DNA of 64,000 bases from the human T2T-CHM13v2.0 reference genome, Homo sapiens (GCF_009914755.1 NC_060934.1), one strand, 5' to 3'. Positions 1-16,640 are shown, counted from the first letter of the stretch. The notes: a model not told the origin generated them from the letters alone. Numbers and translations: made by a program.

Positions 1-559
1 GTCCAGACCAGTTTTATTTTTTTCTCCAGAATTACAAAGTACATGGGTGGGCCCAAATAAAAAGCAGCTTCTGTTCTCATCGATTGATTAACTGACTCAT
101 CCATTCATTCCATGACATACCTTCAGACATTGTTTTAAGTATTGGGATATAGTGGTAGGCAAGATATATAAAGGCATTAAATAAATGATATGTACGTAGG
201 TTTATCTTGAACCTAATCTAGGACATCAAGAAAGATGGCAACAATCTCTAAAATAATCAGTGTCATATGGAAATGGTAAAATGATGATCATGTTTATCGT
301 TAATAATAACACCTTACGCTTGTGTACAATTTAATGTTTATAAGATTTCAATTGTTTTGAACTATGATCATGGTGGAGGCCACCTGCCTACATTATATGC
401 GTGAGCATATAATGACTCCCATGGCTAATTCTTATATGTGTATATGTGTGATATTCCTGTGGAAATTACCAATCTCATGAAGGCAGGTACTGTGTCTTTC
501 ATTTTTTCATCTTTCCTAGTGATATGCTCCATTCAAAGCAAGTACTAAAATACTGCCCC

Positions 560-1194
560 TGGATATCGTTTGGATATTTGTTCCCTCCAAATCGTATGTT
601 GAAATTTGACCCCTAGTGTTGGAAGTGGGGCCTGGTGGGAGGTGTTTGTGTCATGGGGGTGGGTCACTCATGAATGGCTTGTTGCCATCTCTGCTTTATG
701 AGTTCCCATGAGAACTGATTGTTAAAAAGGGCCTGGCACCTCCTCCTTTTTCTTTTTCTCCTCTCTTGCTATGTGACGCCTGCTCCCCCTTCACCTTCCA
801 CCATGATTAGAAGATCCCTGAGGCCCTCACCAGTAGCAGATGCTGGCACCATGCTTCTTGTACTGCCTGCAGAACTATGAGCCTAATAAACCTCTTTTCT
901 TTATAAGTTACCCAGCCTGAGATATTCTTTTATAGCAAGCTTATCTAACCCACAGCCCACAGGCCACAGGCAACCCAGAATGGCTTTGAATATGGCCCAA
1001 CACAAATTTGTAAATTTTCTTAAAGCATTATGATTTTTTTTTGTGATTTTTTTTTTTTTTTTTTAGCTCATCAGCTATCATTAATTTTAGTATATTTTAT
1101 GTGTGGCCCAAGACAATTCTTCTTCCAATGTAGCCCAGGGAAGCCAAAAGATTGAACACCCCTGTTTTATAGCAACACAAAACAGACTAAGACA
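560..1194 (+). mobile_element. MSTB-type MaLR solo LTR, interrupted by MER30
   Basis: Starts tggatatcgtttggatatttg; internal AATAAA-cctcttttctttataa; ends gactaagaca; matches MST LTR consensus. Confidence 0.85.
936..1164 (-). mobile_element. MER30 hAT-Charlie MITE
   Basis: Termini caagctt...cacccctg match the reverse complement of MER30; perfect 8-bp TSD ttttatag at 928-935 and 1165-1172. Confidence 0.9.
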
Positions 1195-2965
1195 TCCACC
1201 ATTTATATAGGCCTTAATAGTTTTCAGATACTTTTTACAGATTATCTATTTTTATTTTTATACCTTGTTTGTGGATTTTTAATTTTTTTCTTCTTTTTTA
1301 TTTTTTCTTTTCACTTTTTTGTTTATGAATTTTAAAGATGAGAAATGAGAAGTCCAAAGAAGACACATTATTTATTTACTCAGGATCACATAATTAGCTA
1401 GGAAAAAGCCCTATCTCTTTTTTATTTTTATTTATTTATTTTTGGTCTAATGTTTATTTTCATTGTTGTACATGTATGTCAGATTTTTCAGGCATATGAT
1501 ATGTCAGATATATATCAAATATCTATTTATATACTGTAAGGAATAAACTCTTTTTGGGGAATTAGGCATGAAAACAGAGAAAATGAGTTGGCTTGATGCA
1601 CATATCAAGCTGCTTCTCATTGGGCAACCAAGATGGTTGACAATTACGGGAGACGAGGCAGAGATCTGACTGCACAAGAGCTGTAAACACAATGCACTCA
1701 GGGCATCCTTCGAATAAGTCATAGGCACATGGAATTTAAATGGGGGGCAAGTTCTACCATCAAAGAATGCATTTCAGGGTGTGGCAGCAAACAGTGCTGT
1801 GGAAAATGATAACAGAGCCCAAGTGAAGAAGCTACCCCAGCCTGCCATCCAGCCATGTTCCTTATGCCTTCTCTGGCTTTTCCAAAAATGAAATGTCAAT
1901 ACCACTCTAGGGTTTTCATCTTAATTCATGCTAGAAGCCCTCAAGGCTTGTCATAGAATATGTCAGTATATTTCCAGAACATACAGTCTGGGTCTGATTA
2001 TCAAGCAAGTGGTGTAAAAACAGTTTAAGCTTCCACCAACCCAAGAATTCGCAATGGAAGATAGAACAACTGATTATGTTTCTACCGTTTCTGAACAACC
2101 CAAAGTTCCAACTAGACTCAGCCTTATTTGTTAGCAAATGCACACATAGAAAATCACTCTGGGATTCAAGTCTTGCTTTTCTACAATTTGACAGCAAGCA
2201 TCAAACAGCAGCAATGTCAGCCATGGGACATAACTTTTATGCCAATTTCAGCTATGCCCTATAAAGTTTTCTTTTTCTCTCAAATCCATAAGGTCACAAA
2301 GACCTTCTCAACTTCAATCACATAACTTAAATGTACAAATTAAAATTCCATTTCCTACATCCCTTCCATTCATAAGAAGCAATTAAAGTAGAGTATCTAA
2401 TGTACTCTATGATCCTGGCAAGGGCATTACTCTTCATATGCCTCAATGGGCTATGCCAAAATATCTCTTTCATTTATTAAAGCCATTTGTGATTGCCACT
2501 GACTTTGAGCTGAATGGCATCCCAAGGCCAAATTTGTTTATTCATCCACTTGTTTTTAAAAATAAAAACCACTACAGGAGCCATTGATTGATTAACCTGT
2601 AGCAGTTCCTTACATTAAGCATCTTTGTCTGTGTGTCAAAATAAACTATATAGTAAGCCTCTGTAGAATACACAAAGCTGTGCCAGCAGTCACAGGGTAA
2701 TGATTCTATGGTTTCAGCCTTCTGTTCAGATACCCAGAGTTTGACTGCCTATGGCCATGCAGCCTCAGAAATCATTGGATACTATCAAGCTGGGCTGCCT
2801 TGGAAGGAATAGGAACCCACCTGCCCATCCTCCCTGAGCTGCTTGTCTTTGCAGGCTAGGACACAGAGGAGGCATCTATAATGAGATGGAGGCCCAGGGA
2901 AGGAGATTTATGGTTTTACTGTGCTGGAGGCAAGAAAATATATACTGATTTTTCTATTTTGCAGG

Positions 2966-3670
<705 letters not shown>

Positions 3671-4096
3671 CTCTAACAAGTTTCATGTAAATGCAATAGA
3701 ATTCCTGAGTCATAGAAAGCATTTATATACATAGTACAAGAGCAACATCACACCTCTAAAGATAGCACCTGCAAGCACAATGCAAAATGTCAATAAAGTG
3801 GAGACGTGTGTGGTCTTCCAATGTTGTCTTGGATTGTTAGAGGGAAAAAAATCATGTCATTGTATATTTCCTTAAGCTCCAAATGTCAGGAGATAATAAA
3901 AAACACTGTATTTGAGAGATGTGGTCACTTAGAGTCCTGTACTTTACAGTGAGTCTCCAAAAGCTTGCCTAAAGTGGAGCCCACTTGATAACTCAAGCAG
4001 AAACTGCCCAGCTTCTGAGAACCTTCAAAATGGGTCTAATGATAATTTTTTGAAAGTATTTTTTTATTAAAATATCCTTAAAATATTATTCATATA

Positions 4097-4412
4097 GGTT
4101 GGGTGAAGGGCTCACACTTGTAATCCTAGCACTTTGGGAAGCCAAGGCAGAAGCATTGCTTAAGGCCAGGAGATCAAGACCTGCCTGGGAAACATGTGAG
4201 ACCCTGTCTCTACAAAAAAAAAAAAAAAAAATTGTTTAAAATTAACTGGGCGTGGTGACATGTGTCTGTGGTCATAACTACTTGGAAGGCAGGGACAGGA
4301 GGATTGTTTGAGCTCGGGAGTTGAGGTTGCAGTGAGTGAGCTATGATTTTGCCACTGTATTCCAGCCTGGGTGATAGACTGAGAACTTGTCTCTAAAAAT
4401 AAAAATTAAAAA
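4097..4412 (+). mobile_element. Alu (J-like)
   Basis: Diverged dimer with A linker and A tail. Confidence 0.93.
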
Positions 4413-4577
4413 ATATTCATTATATAGGAAATCTACTAGATTTTATGTCTTAAGAAAAGTGATCATATCTAATTTACCTTTAAATTTTCAATGTATCTTG
4501 GTGTATAGTGGGTGTTTATTAAGTTGAGAGAAGGAATATTAGCCAAGAGAAACTTACCTTTGGAGAACTGATGTGGT

Positions 4578-5221
4578 ATCAGCTGGCTTGACTACAGCCT
4601 CTACTGGAGGCCCACCAGCTAGGTAAATTAAGCACAAAATCACATAGCCCCACTCCACTATGGAAGAGGTTAACATTGTCCTGGAGAGAGACATGTTTTT
4701 TAAAATGCACACTACATACCAAATACTCAGATATCAAAAAAGTGTAACTGAGCTCATTATACTTGAGGTATCTTCTTGGCTCACAATGATTCCTCCTTCT
4801 CAGGGAAATGATCAGGAAATGCCCAGATCTTTTCTTTGGAGAAAGCAGGTGTGTCCCTATAATACACCTTGTCCCCTTGGCTGGAAATAATTCATGCAAG
4901 ATTGAGCAGTTGGGCAACCAAAGCTAAACTGAGTCGATCAGATTCTTCTCTGTGGGAAATCAGAATTTTCAATCAAGTTTCTCATGGGGAGGGGCTCTTG
5001 CAGCTGAATAATATTAGTAGCTATGCTCTAGAAAGACTTATGTTGTCTTGTTGCTGAAGTCACTGGAGCTGCCCTTTTTCTTCCCTCTGAAATTTTATTT
5101 GTTCAATTCTTTTTGGATCTTATGATATATCCCACTGTCCTTCCAATAAATTCCAGTTCTTGCTTGAGTTACTCAGAGTGGGTTTCCATTACTTGTAGCC
5201 AAACAAAACTTAAATGATTCA
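4578..5221 (+). mobile_element. Old MLT1-type MaLR LTR
   Basis: 3' end aataaattcc...cttgagttactcagagtgggtttccattacttgtagccaaa typical of MLT1; 5' boundary uncertain. Confidence 0.55.
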
Positions 5222-7436
5222 GAAGTGCAGATGGATGGCTCTAGGAATTGATGTAGCGAGAACTAAGCAAGTTGAATTGAGAAAGAAGACAAATGCGTGA
5301 AGCTGAGAATAGGAAAGAAGAAACATTTTTAAAGTACAACAGAGTAGGAAAAGCATCCCAAAGTGGTGGAATGACCCAAGTAAAATGTAGAAAATTGGGA
5401 CTCAGTGGGTCCATCAAGAATGGGGAGCAAAGCTCCCTGGCTGGAGAAACATAGGATCCATGCCAACACTCAGGAGAAGTTTCAATGATGGAGGAGGCTG
5501 GCCAGATGTTCAGGTTAAATTTAAGGGTGTCGTTTCAGAGTTTTGGGGTTTCTTTTTTGGCCTGGGGCTTTATGAAGTAACATTCCATTTCTATAGGTGG
5601 AGACCACAGTAACTTTGTGCTGCAGTTTCACATCTCAGAACATGGCTGATTTTGCTGTATGAAAGGGTATTTAATGTAGAAAGTCTTGAGTAGAACTTTA
5701 AGTTCAACAGACGTTTAGGGATGAGCGGCCCCGGTGGTTGTCACTGGGCACCTGAACCCCACCTGCAGCACAGTATGGCCTGGTGCTCTGACAAGGTCTT
5801 CCACGGCATAGCTCTGAATCTCCAGATCCTCTTTGGTGGGTGAGATGAGCCAAGGACTGGGTGGGGCTGTCATGGTCAAACTCAACACCTTCCTCAACAG
5901 GAGAAGAAGACTTAAGCCACACGCAAGCAAACTTCTAAGAAATTACTTGATTTTTAGTTTTCTTCTGAAAGATGCAGACCAAGCATTTTGTTTGCCCTGG
6001 GTGACAGATGTGTCCAGCCCATCTCGGTGTCAGGACGAGGGTGTGACATCATGGTTACAGGAACCATGACTTCCAAGCCCATCAGGGATCTCATTTCTTC
6101 AGATCATCATCCGTCCACTGCTGCAGCTTCTGGGTTCAGCCTTAGTGCCATCAGCTGGGAAGGGATTAACAGGATTTTGTTAATTGTACTGTTAAACTTA
6201 GTGGAAGCAAAGTTAGATATATTTCTCATAAGAAAGTCTTAGTTCCAAGACCCAATTTTCACAAACCAAGTTAGTAAATATCACAAACCCCACAAATTAG
6301 AATCCAACATAGTTCTTTTGCCATTTCTGATCACATCTTCTATTCAGTAAAGTCTTCCAAGGCATCCTTTGAACCCTCCCAGTAAACTTTCTTAACCTAA
6401 GGGGCTAGAGGTGAGAAGGTAATTTCAGTTGTGGTGGCTGCATTTGACTAGTTGGATTGTATGAAATTAAAAGTTGGGATTTTATGAAATTAAAAGTTGA
6501 GACTGATATAAAATATTGCTCACCACATTAAAAGCACTTAAATAAAAGGATAATGCATATTTTTAAGGTGATAAACAACTATTTTTTTCCAGTGGGTTTC
6601 TAGGAATGTAAGTTTCACCAAAGACTAAAATTTTGTTTTATAAATTTAAGGGCTAAATAAAACATATACCCCAAACTCCAGTCCAGGCTCCATTCTGGCC
6701 TGAAAGGACTTAACTAATAGCTTTTTAATTGCATAATTTTATATTTTTTCTTTTTGTTAGAGGCAGAAGTGGAGCACAGAAGCAGCCCCGGAAAGTCTAC
6801 TCTCCTAATATTTGCAAAATTTCTGACAGTCTCCCAAGAGGGCATCAGATAAGTTCTATGAAATGTCCAGTGTACTGTGGGATACCTATCCTCACCCAAA
6901 CCTTATTTTTTTTTAAAGGTTTATCTATTCCTAGTCTTGAGTTTCATGCTGGGTTTTTGCAATGACTGCAGAAATACAGCAATAATCTTTGCCTAAACCT
7001 CTGAAGAAAATATTAAGCATATAAAGCAAAATCATGAATAATAACAGCTCTTACACAACCAGTAGATCTTAATAACACATATTCCTCGTCACCTGCTTTC
7101 CAAAACCATTCCCATTTGGAGTTTGTCTTTTGATATTACTGCTTTGAGAACCAAAATTTCTCTGAGCTCCCCTTGTAAGATTAATTAAAATGGACATATC
7201 TTCGAAGCACAGATAAGACTAGAATTTCTTTAATATAAGTGTTTGTCATGGCAACATTTTCTATAATGTAACTGTGACACCTTGCTTTATTTCTTTAAAT
7301 ATTAAACAAACAAATAAGAGAAGCAAGCAGACTCTTAGAGAAGAAAAGAAATGGTACCAGCTCCATTTTTTATGGCTAAGATATTAAGTGACCACTCTGT
7401 GGTGGTATAAAAATGGCACTAAATAGAAAAGACAAT

Positions 7437-7814
<378 letters not shown>

Positions 7815-8131
7815 TCATTGTGGGCAAGACAAAGTTAACACTTCAAATACCTTACCTGGGGAGCAGGAACTGACACGGGCAATGTTAATTATGAAATACA
7901 TGACAGATAATAAGTTATTTCTGAAGATGAAGTTGTTTCTTTAGATTAGAATATTTGGAAAAGGCTTAGAGAAGGAAAGAATGAGATATTCAAATTTAAA
8001 TATTATATGGAAAGTCAAAGAGAAATAGAGAGATCATTCAAGAAAAATGCAAGACCCATTTATCAGAGAGTGAATAAACCATACAGACTCAACTGTTTAC
8101 TTAACAATTTTGTGTGTATATATATATATAT

Positions 8132-9520
<1,389 letters not shown>

Positions 9521-10429
9521 GAAGAATCCAGGATCTAAAAGTGTGAGATCTTAGAAAGCACCTGGTCTCACTCCTCCAATGCATTTATTAGGAAATGAAG
9601 ACCAAGAGACGGGAAGAGGGTGCCTGCCCACAATCACACTGTCAATGAGGAGGGAGCTGACTAGCAGGCAGATGCCCTGACGCCCTGCTGCGCAGCTTCG
9701 GCTTTATCCAGTTGCACTTTTGGTTTGATTGAACCCAGATTTCGCAGAGGGAAGTAGTGGGAGATAAGCCTTAGAAAGGTAGGTCAGGGCCAGGCAGCAA
9801 AATTGCTAAACTAGGGGGCTTAAATGTTATTCGGAGGAACGGGGTACTCACTAAAGAGCTTTGAGCAGGAAAGTTATTCTAATCACAGAGATATTTGGGG
9901 AAATTTTAGGTGGGAGTTTTCAGGGGTATTGTTAATATTTTGCTCAGATAAGTCACAAATTAAGCAATTATGTGAACCCCTCCCCCCAAATAATTGTGAG
10001 TTGTAGTGACTAAAACTCCTTAATTATATTATAAATTAATAACCAATAAATAAGAAAAAACTCAAAAATGAAGTCACCTATTGCTTAGGTTCATGAGATC
10101 ATCTTAAAATGATCTAGAAATAAAATGAAAAGTCCTGTGAGATTTGGAACCACCCTAGGTATCATGTCCAGCTGTGGGGAGGGGGTTGGGGGTGGGTCTG
10201 AGTACACTGCAGCCTCAGGTATCCACGCTTTCATAACTCTATTAGGACCAATGATTAAGGCCATATGAGGACGTATTATTTTATGTGATTTCTCCTTCTT
10301 CCTCTTTTTCCCCTGTACATATACATTTGTTAAAAAGGAGAATAAAAAATGATCCCTATACCTTTGGAAGAATGCCTTGGGAGAGATGCCCATGCCAGGG
10401 ACCAGCTTTCTCTGAGTTGCCAATCCTAT

Positions 10430-11062
10430 TGCCAAAGGCCTTCCAACCAGAGTGACTCTATCTTGAGCAGGGGCTAGGCAAAATGAGGCTGAGTCCTACT
10501 CAGGTGCATTCCGAGGAGGTCAGGCATTCTAAGTCACAGGAAGAGACAGAAGGTCAGCACAAGATACAGGTCACAAAGACCTTGCTGTAAAACAGGTTGC
10601 AATAAAGAAGTCCGTCAAAATCCACCAAAAACAAGGTAGCGATGAAAGTGACCTCTGGTAGTCCTCGTTGCTTATTATATGCTAATTATAATGTATTAGC
10701 TGCTAAAAGACACCCCCACCAGCACCATGACAGTTTACAAATGCCATGGCAACATCAGGAAGTTACCCTATACGGTCTAAAAGCTGGAGGACCCCTCAGT
10801 TTCAAGGAAATCCCCACCCGTTTCTCAGAAAACTCATGAATGATCCACCCCTTGTTTAGCATATAATCAAGAAATAACCATAAAAATAGGCAGCCGGCAG
10901 CCCTCGGGGCTGCTCTGCCTATGGAATAGCCATTCTTTTGTTTCTTTACTTTTCTAATAAACTTGCTTTCACTTTATTCTATAGACTCACCCTGAATTTT
11001 TTCTTGCACGAGATCCAAGAACCCTCTCTTGGGGTCTGGATCAGGATCCCTTTCCGGTACCA
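10430..11062 (+). mobile_element. MER41B solo LTR (ERV1)
   Basis: TG...CA termini, MER41 consensus incl. gccatggcaacatcaggaagttaccc and ggggtctggatc; tandem GAS block; 4-bp TSD ctat/ctgt. Confidence 0.9.
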
Positions 11063-11521
11063 CTGTGACCTGGCTGCACACGGTCCCCCTGAAGCCACAG
11101 GTTGAGCTATGTCAGGCCCCAAAGACACAGGGGCCCCAGCGCTTCATCCTCTCTCTTTCCCCTCAGAGCTTCAAAACTTTGAGGTTCTCAAACGCCTAGA
11201 TAATGGTTTGCCTCATAGGTGACAGTACACTGGTAGGTAGAAATTGACCTGACCCTACTGAAACCCCAAAGTCCCATGAGCCCTGAAGTCTGATTCGGTG
11301 GTTCATTGCAAAGACTAACATCAAGCGAGGGAACACAGGAAAATGTCACAAACAGTGCTTGAAATTGATTTGAGGGTCAGAGCAACCTGAACTTCTGACC
11401 CTGACTTTTAACCTCCTCACATCTTGCTCTCCGTCTCTGCTGTTACGATGATAGTGCACACTCTGTGCAGAAAAGACGGCTCCACTTTACACGTACCCAG
11501 GCAGAATACTACAGTGGGCCT

Positions 11522-11534
11522 GTTGCCGGGCAAC
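11522..11534. promoter_or_regulatory. Palindromic RFX X-box candidate
   Basis: GTTGCC-G-GGCAAC in non-repetitive sequence. Confidence 0.45.
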
Positions 11535-12759
11535 CACAGCTAGAACACTTTGTTTCCGGAGCATTTTGAGAATGATTACACTTGCGGGGTTGGGTTGGGT
11601 TGGTTGGGGTTTTTATTATTATTATTATTATTCTTTCTTTCTTTCCTGTGGTACCTATTCCTGGATGTTGTAAATATTCATCTGAGTTTTGCATAGATGA
11701 GGGGAAGACGTTATTTAAATGAGATTGGGAGGGTAATTTGCTCGGGTGCATCACTACCCTCTTTTATGTTTTGCAGGCACCCTGCTGCAGAAGGAGAGAA
11801 AGCGCTTTTGTGACCATTATTGACTTAGATGACAATGCTATGCTGGCTTGTTTCAGTTACATAGAACAATGGGAGCAGAAAAAAGACACTTTAGCGAAGG
11901 CATTTAGTAAATTGTTAGTAAATGGGGAAGATACAAAAGCCCCAGCTAAGTCATCAGGCACATTTCCTTGCTAACGTGGCTGCAGTTACTCTCCTGGCTC
12001 CCTCTAAACCCCACTCAGAGAGGAACGCTTCCTCTTCCTCTTGTTAAGTGACATCAACACATTGAAATACAGCTCTTGGCTAAACTCCGCGAGCTGACTT
12101 TGAAAGGTAACGGGAAGAAACATTTCCTTTCAAAAGGAATCTGGCAGCCTTTGAGCCTTTGAAACACACCCATTTCAGATGAGTCTGAGTTGGGCAGGAA
12201 TTGCAAGTACTTCCAAAATCATCCGTGTCAATATTTCCCCCACCCCTGGAATATTAATATGTACACACACCCACACACTCCCCTTGAGATGTGTTTATTT
12301 CACAATTCACAAATGGTGAAGAGACCTTTTCTGAATTTTTTTTCTTAGGGACCTGGGAAGCCAGCATGAAAATTGTGATTCTTCCAAATGCTTTCCCATA
12401 TGCCTTAAATGCCCCCATTAAAGTTAATTTTCTCAGTCCACACGTGTTCTCTGTGTCTTGGTGACCACCTCCCTGCCTCCCTTAAGGTAACCTTTTCTTG
12501 AGGCTTGCTATGTCCTGTCTTGGTTATGACTTGGTCAGGAGCCTGGGCACCTTATGGCAGAATTCAGGGCCCCAGCCAAATACAGCAGTTGTTTACAGGG
12601 CACAGTCAGTGAGGGACTCGATCTCTTCACTCTCACGGAGATGTCTATGGATAGAAAATTCGCCTCTGGGCCATCGACAGTTTGAGCCCCAAAGCTGTTG
12701 GGCTTTTCAGTCCAGAGTGCATTTACGAAGCTCTCCCATCTAAAGGATCCCCATCCTGG

Positions 12760-13602
12760 TGATACAGAAGTGCTGGGGAGAGAAGAGCATGGTCCCTTTA
12801 AATGATACCGAAGTGGAAAGGGGAGTGCTGGGTAGAGGAGGGCGTGGTCCCCGGTTAGGGCTCCACCCCCAAGGGCCTAGATGAGGACAGGGAGTCCTGT
12901 CTTCTCGCCCAAATGTTGCAATTTCCAAGACTACCCTGGCCCGCCACACCCCCATCCTGGCCCTATACCCTAGCAGGCAGACACAAGTAGCTGGACATCG
13001 TGAGGAACACATCGCCGGAAGAAGACACAAGTGGCTGGACGTCGAGAAGGGCACGTTAGCAGAAGAGCACACGGACAGACACCGACAAGCCGGCAGGCCA
13101 CTGACCAGCACAATGATGCAGAGTTTGGCCTGAGTGGTCGGAGAAGAGTCAGGCTGTGGAGCGGCCTAACTCCAAGGAAAAAGCCAGCTCCCTTCCGGCT
13201 TCCCCATCTGCAGAGGGCCACTTCCGCTCAATAAAACCTTTCGCTCCTTCTCCAAGCCCAGGTGTGATCCGATTCTTCTGGTATACCAAGGCAAGAACCC
13301 GCAATACAGAAAGCCCTCTGTCTTTGCGACAAGGTAGAGGGTGTAATTGAGCTGGTTAACACAAGCCTATAAATGGAAAACTAAAAGAGTAAAATTAAAA
13401 GAGCACTCTGTATGTAACACACGCCCACTGGGGCTTCAGGAGCTATAAATATTCACCCCAGAAGCTGTCGTGGGGTTGGAGCCCCACAACCTGCCCACCT
13501 TGTATGCTTCCCAAGAGGTTTGAGCAGCTAGGCACGGAAGAAGTGAGCTACTCCCCCTGTTGCACCCCCTGTGAGGGGGACAAGGGGACCTTTCCTGTTT
13601 CA
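12760..13602 (+). mobile_element. LTR1-family (HUERS-P2-type) solo LTR
   Basis: tgatacagaagtgctggg...cctgtttca; internal AATAAA; perfect 4-bp TSD ctgg; subfamily from memory. Confidence 0.8.
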
Positions 13603-13994
13603 CTGGCCCTTCATCCAAGATCGCCTGGTGAATGGTATAAGGCTCTCCGGCACATGAGGCAGCCTGTGGCACAGGATTCAGTAAAACTCTTCCTGGCTCT
13701 ACTCAGGAATATGAGTTAGATGTGCAGTTGCATTCTGCCGGGAAGACCACTTAACTATCCAGCTGGAAAACTGGGATAGAACGTTAGGGAGAAGGAGGAG
13801 AAAAGACATACTGGAGAAGGAAGTCAGAAGGAAACTTAGGATCTCTCATCTTTGGAGCTGGGACAAGCAACAGGTTTCTCAAAAGTTTCAGTCTGAATAC
13901 ACCCTTCAAGATGGGCTGGAAGGCCCACACCTTCCATATTTCCGTCAAACACCCTTCTATTTATCGAGAACCAGTTATGTGCAAGGCACTCTTA

Positions 13995-14614
13995 TGTTAC
14001 TGGAAAGGGGTCCGGATCCAGACCCCATGAGAGGGTTCTTGGACTTCACCCAAGAAAGAATTCAAGGCGAGTCCATAGAGTAAACTGAAAGCAAGTTTAT
14101 TAAGAAAGTAAATGAATAAAGAATGGCTACTCCATAGACAGAGCAGCAGCGTGGGCTGCTCGACTAATTATACTTTTAGTTATTTTTTTATTGTATGCTA
14201 AACAAGGGGTGGATTATTTGTGTATTTTCTGAGACAGGGGTGGGCAATTCCCGGAAAAGGGTTCCTCCACTTTTCAAACCATATAGCTTAACTTCTTGAT
14301 GTTGCCATGGCATTTGTAAACTGTCATGGTGCTGGTGGGAGTGTCTCTTAGCATGTTACTGTATTATAATTAGTGTATAATGAGCAGTGAGGATGACCAG
14401 AGGTCACTTTCATGGCAGTCTCAGTTTTGGTGGGTTTTGGCCAGCTTCTTTACCACAGTTGTTCTCTTTGTGACCTCTACTTTGTGCCAACTTCCTGTCT
14501 CATCCTGTGACTTAGAATGCCTAACCTCCTGGGACTGCAGCCCAGTAGGTCTCACCCTTATTTTACCCAGCCCCCATTCAAGATGGAGTCGCTCTGGTTC
14601 AAACACCTCTGACA
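13995..14614 (-). mobile_element. MER41B solo LTR (ERV1)
   Basis: Reverse complement of the 10430 element type; TSD ctta/ctaa; TTCCCGGAA at 14248. Confidence 0.9.
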
Positions 14615-14635
14615 CTAACAGGGCCTGCATAGCTA

Positions 14636-14966
<331 letters not shown>

Positions 14967-16640
14967 GGTGGGGGCAGTGTAAAATGCAGGCTCTTTCCTC
15001 AAGATTGCATTGTGCAGGGATTCTCTTGGGTTAGAGAGAGAAAGCTGGCCTCCGGTGATTGTACCTGCACTCAACCAAATGCTGCAACCGTGACACCCCA
15101 GCCTCCATGATGAGAAAAGTCACTTCAACTCACAGAGCTCATCTGACTCCACTGAAAATACCCGGCCTCATTGGTGTTTGCTTTTTTTTGAAAAATGCCC
15201 TATGTCTTTGGATTCAAGGTTTACATCCAGGAACAACCCCTTTCTTTTACTATACCTCTAGGCAAGGAACATATGTCAGAAATGCCATAGCCATATTTAG
15301 GCTCTGTCTGCTGTTCAGCTTCACTGAGCCCACCGCCAAGTTACCTTTTACATGGCAATTACTCATGAAATCTGAACACTTCTGCAAATTGGTGTTAGGT
15401 TGCTTTCATTTCCCAATTAACTGCCCACCTGCTATTATAAGATTCAGGTTAGTCATAGTCAGCCTTTTCCCCCTTCAGCCTTTAGGAAGGGAAAAAAAGT
15501 ACCCAACTTCTTTATGCAGAGAATAATTAAGGTGTGAAATGGTCTACCAAAGGCAACAATGAAACAATGCAACTGTGAGGATATTCAAAGAAGAGCTAGA
15601 CAAGGAAGAAAAAAATTCCATGATACCAACATTAGACAGACAGGTGGATGGGTTTGGATAGACCATATGGCCCCCTTCTGTCTTGAAATGTACTGTGAGA
15701 TTATATCTTGCAAAGTCCCATTAAGAACCAAGTTGATTTCTATACAGTAAATGATGGCAAAGAAAATGCTGATGACACCTCAGCTATGTCCGTTATTCCA
15801 ATGGCAAGTTTGTATTTCTGGGGAGATGTTTTCAAGACCAAACTAACACACTTGTCACACAGTAAATGAGATGGCAGAGGGCAAGGTGGAAATACGGGAG
15901 AGAAGAGTTTAGTCTCGTTCTCTTTTCTCAAGGGAAATAGACACGTACTTTCCAAACTCATAGCAGAGAAAAATGCTGATTCCCCACTGCAGCCTGTGGA
16001 AACAGCCAGGAGGATGTGAATCTAATGTATTGAGCCGAACAGCAGACGTGAGATGCACCCGATCATGAAAAACAGTGTCATTTCTGCAAAACATTAAAGA
16101 ATATTTTTTCCCCCTCAGGAAGACAGAGCATATGATTCCCATTCTCACATTGTGACAGAAACGCTGCATGCACTATATGTGGAGGATTGCCACACGAAAT
16201 TCCAAGACACCAGGCGTGGTGGGGACCTCCGAACATGCTTCTTCAAGCCCGGTTTAATTGACACCCTGGTTGACAAGATAACGCAGTTTTGACAGCAATT
16301 CTGCACTGAAAGAGTTTCTCTCTGAATTTTCAAAGAGGATTTTTTTGCTTTTAGCTTGAGAGACAAGAAATTCACAGCCTTTCAGGCCCATATTCTGTGA
16401 CACCACTCCAGCCCGGGAATAACAATAGGATCATTCTGCCATGACAAAATGGCATTGCTCTGTGCTGGCTCTCCTCTGACCTCCCATAACTGCAGAATGG
16501 CCAGTCCCCTCAAACCCTCATCTTCCTTTCTGGGACATGAGAGGTTATTTCTGGGGTGCTTGAGCTCTGTAAGTTACTGCGTGGCACCTGCCACTGTCCT
16601 TTTCTCTGGCTTTTGGTCAAGATGCCATCGGTGGCTGTGG

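Noticed and set aside
1582-1622. Small hairpin aatgag..gcttgat-gcacat-atcaagc..ctcatt
   Set aside because: Too short and imperfect for a miRNA/snoRNA call; expected by chance
15059-15526. 155-aa plus-strand ORF
   Set aside because: Non-ATG start, no recognisable domain, no supporting splice context
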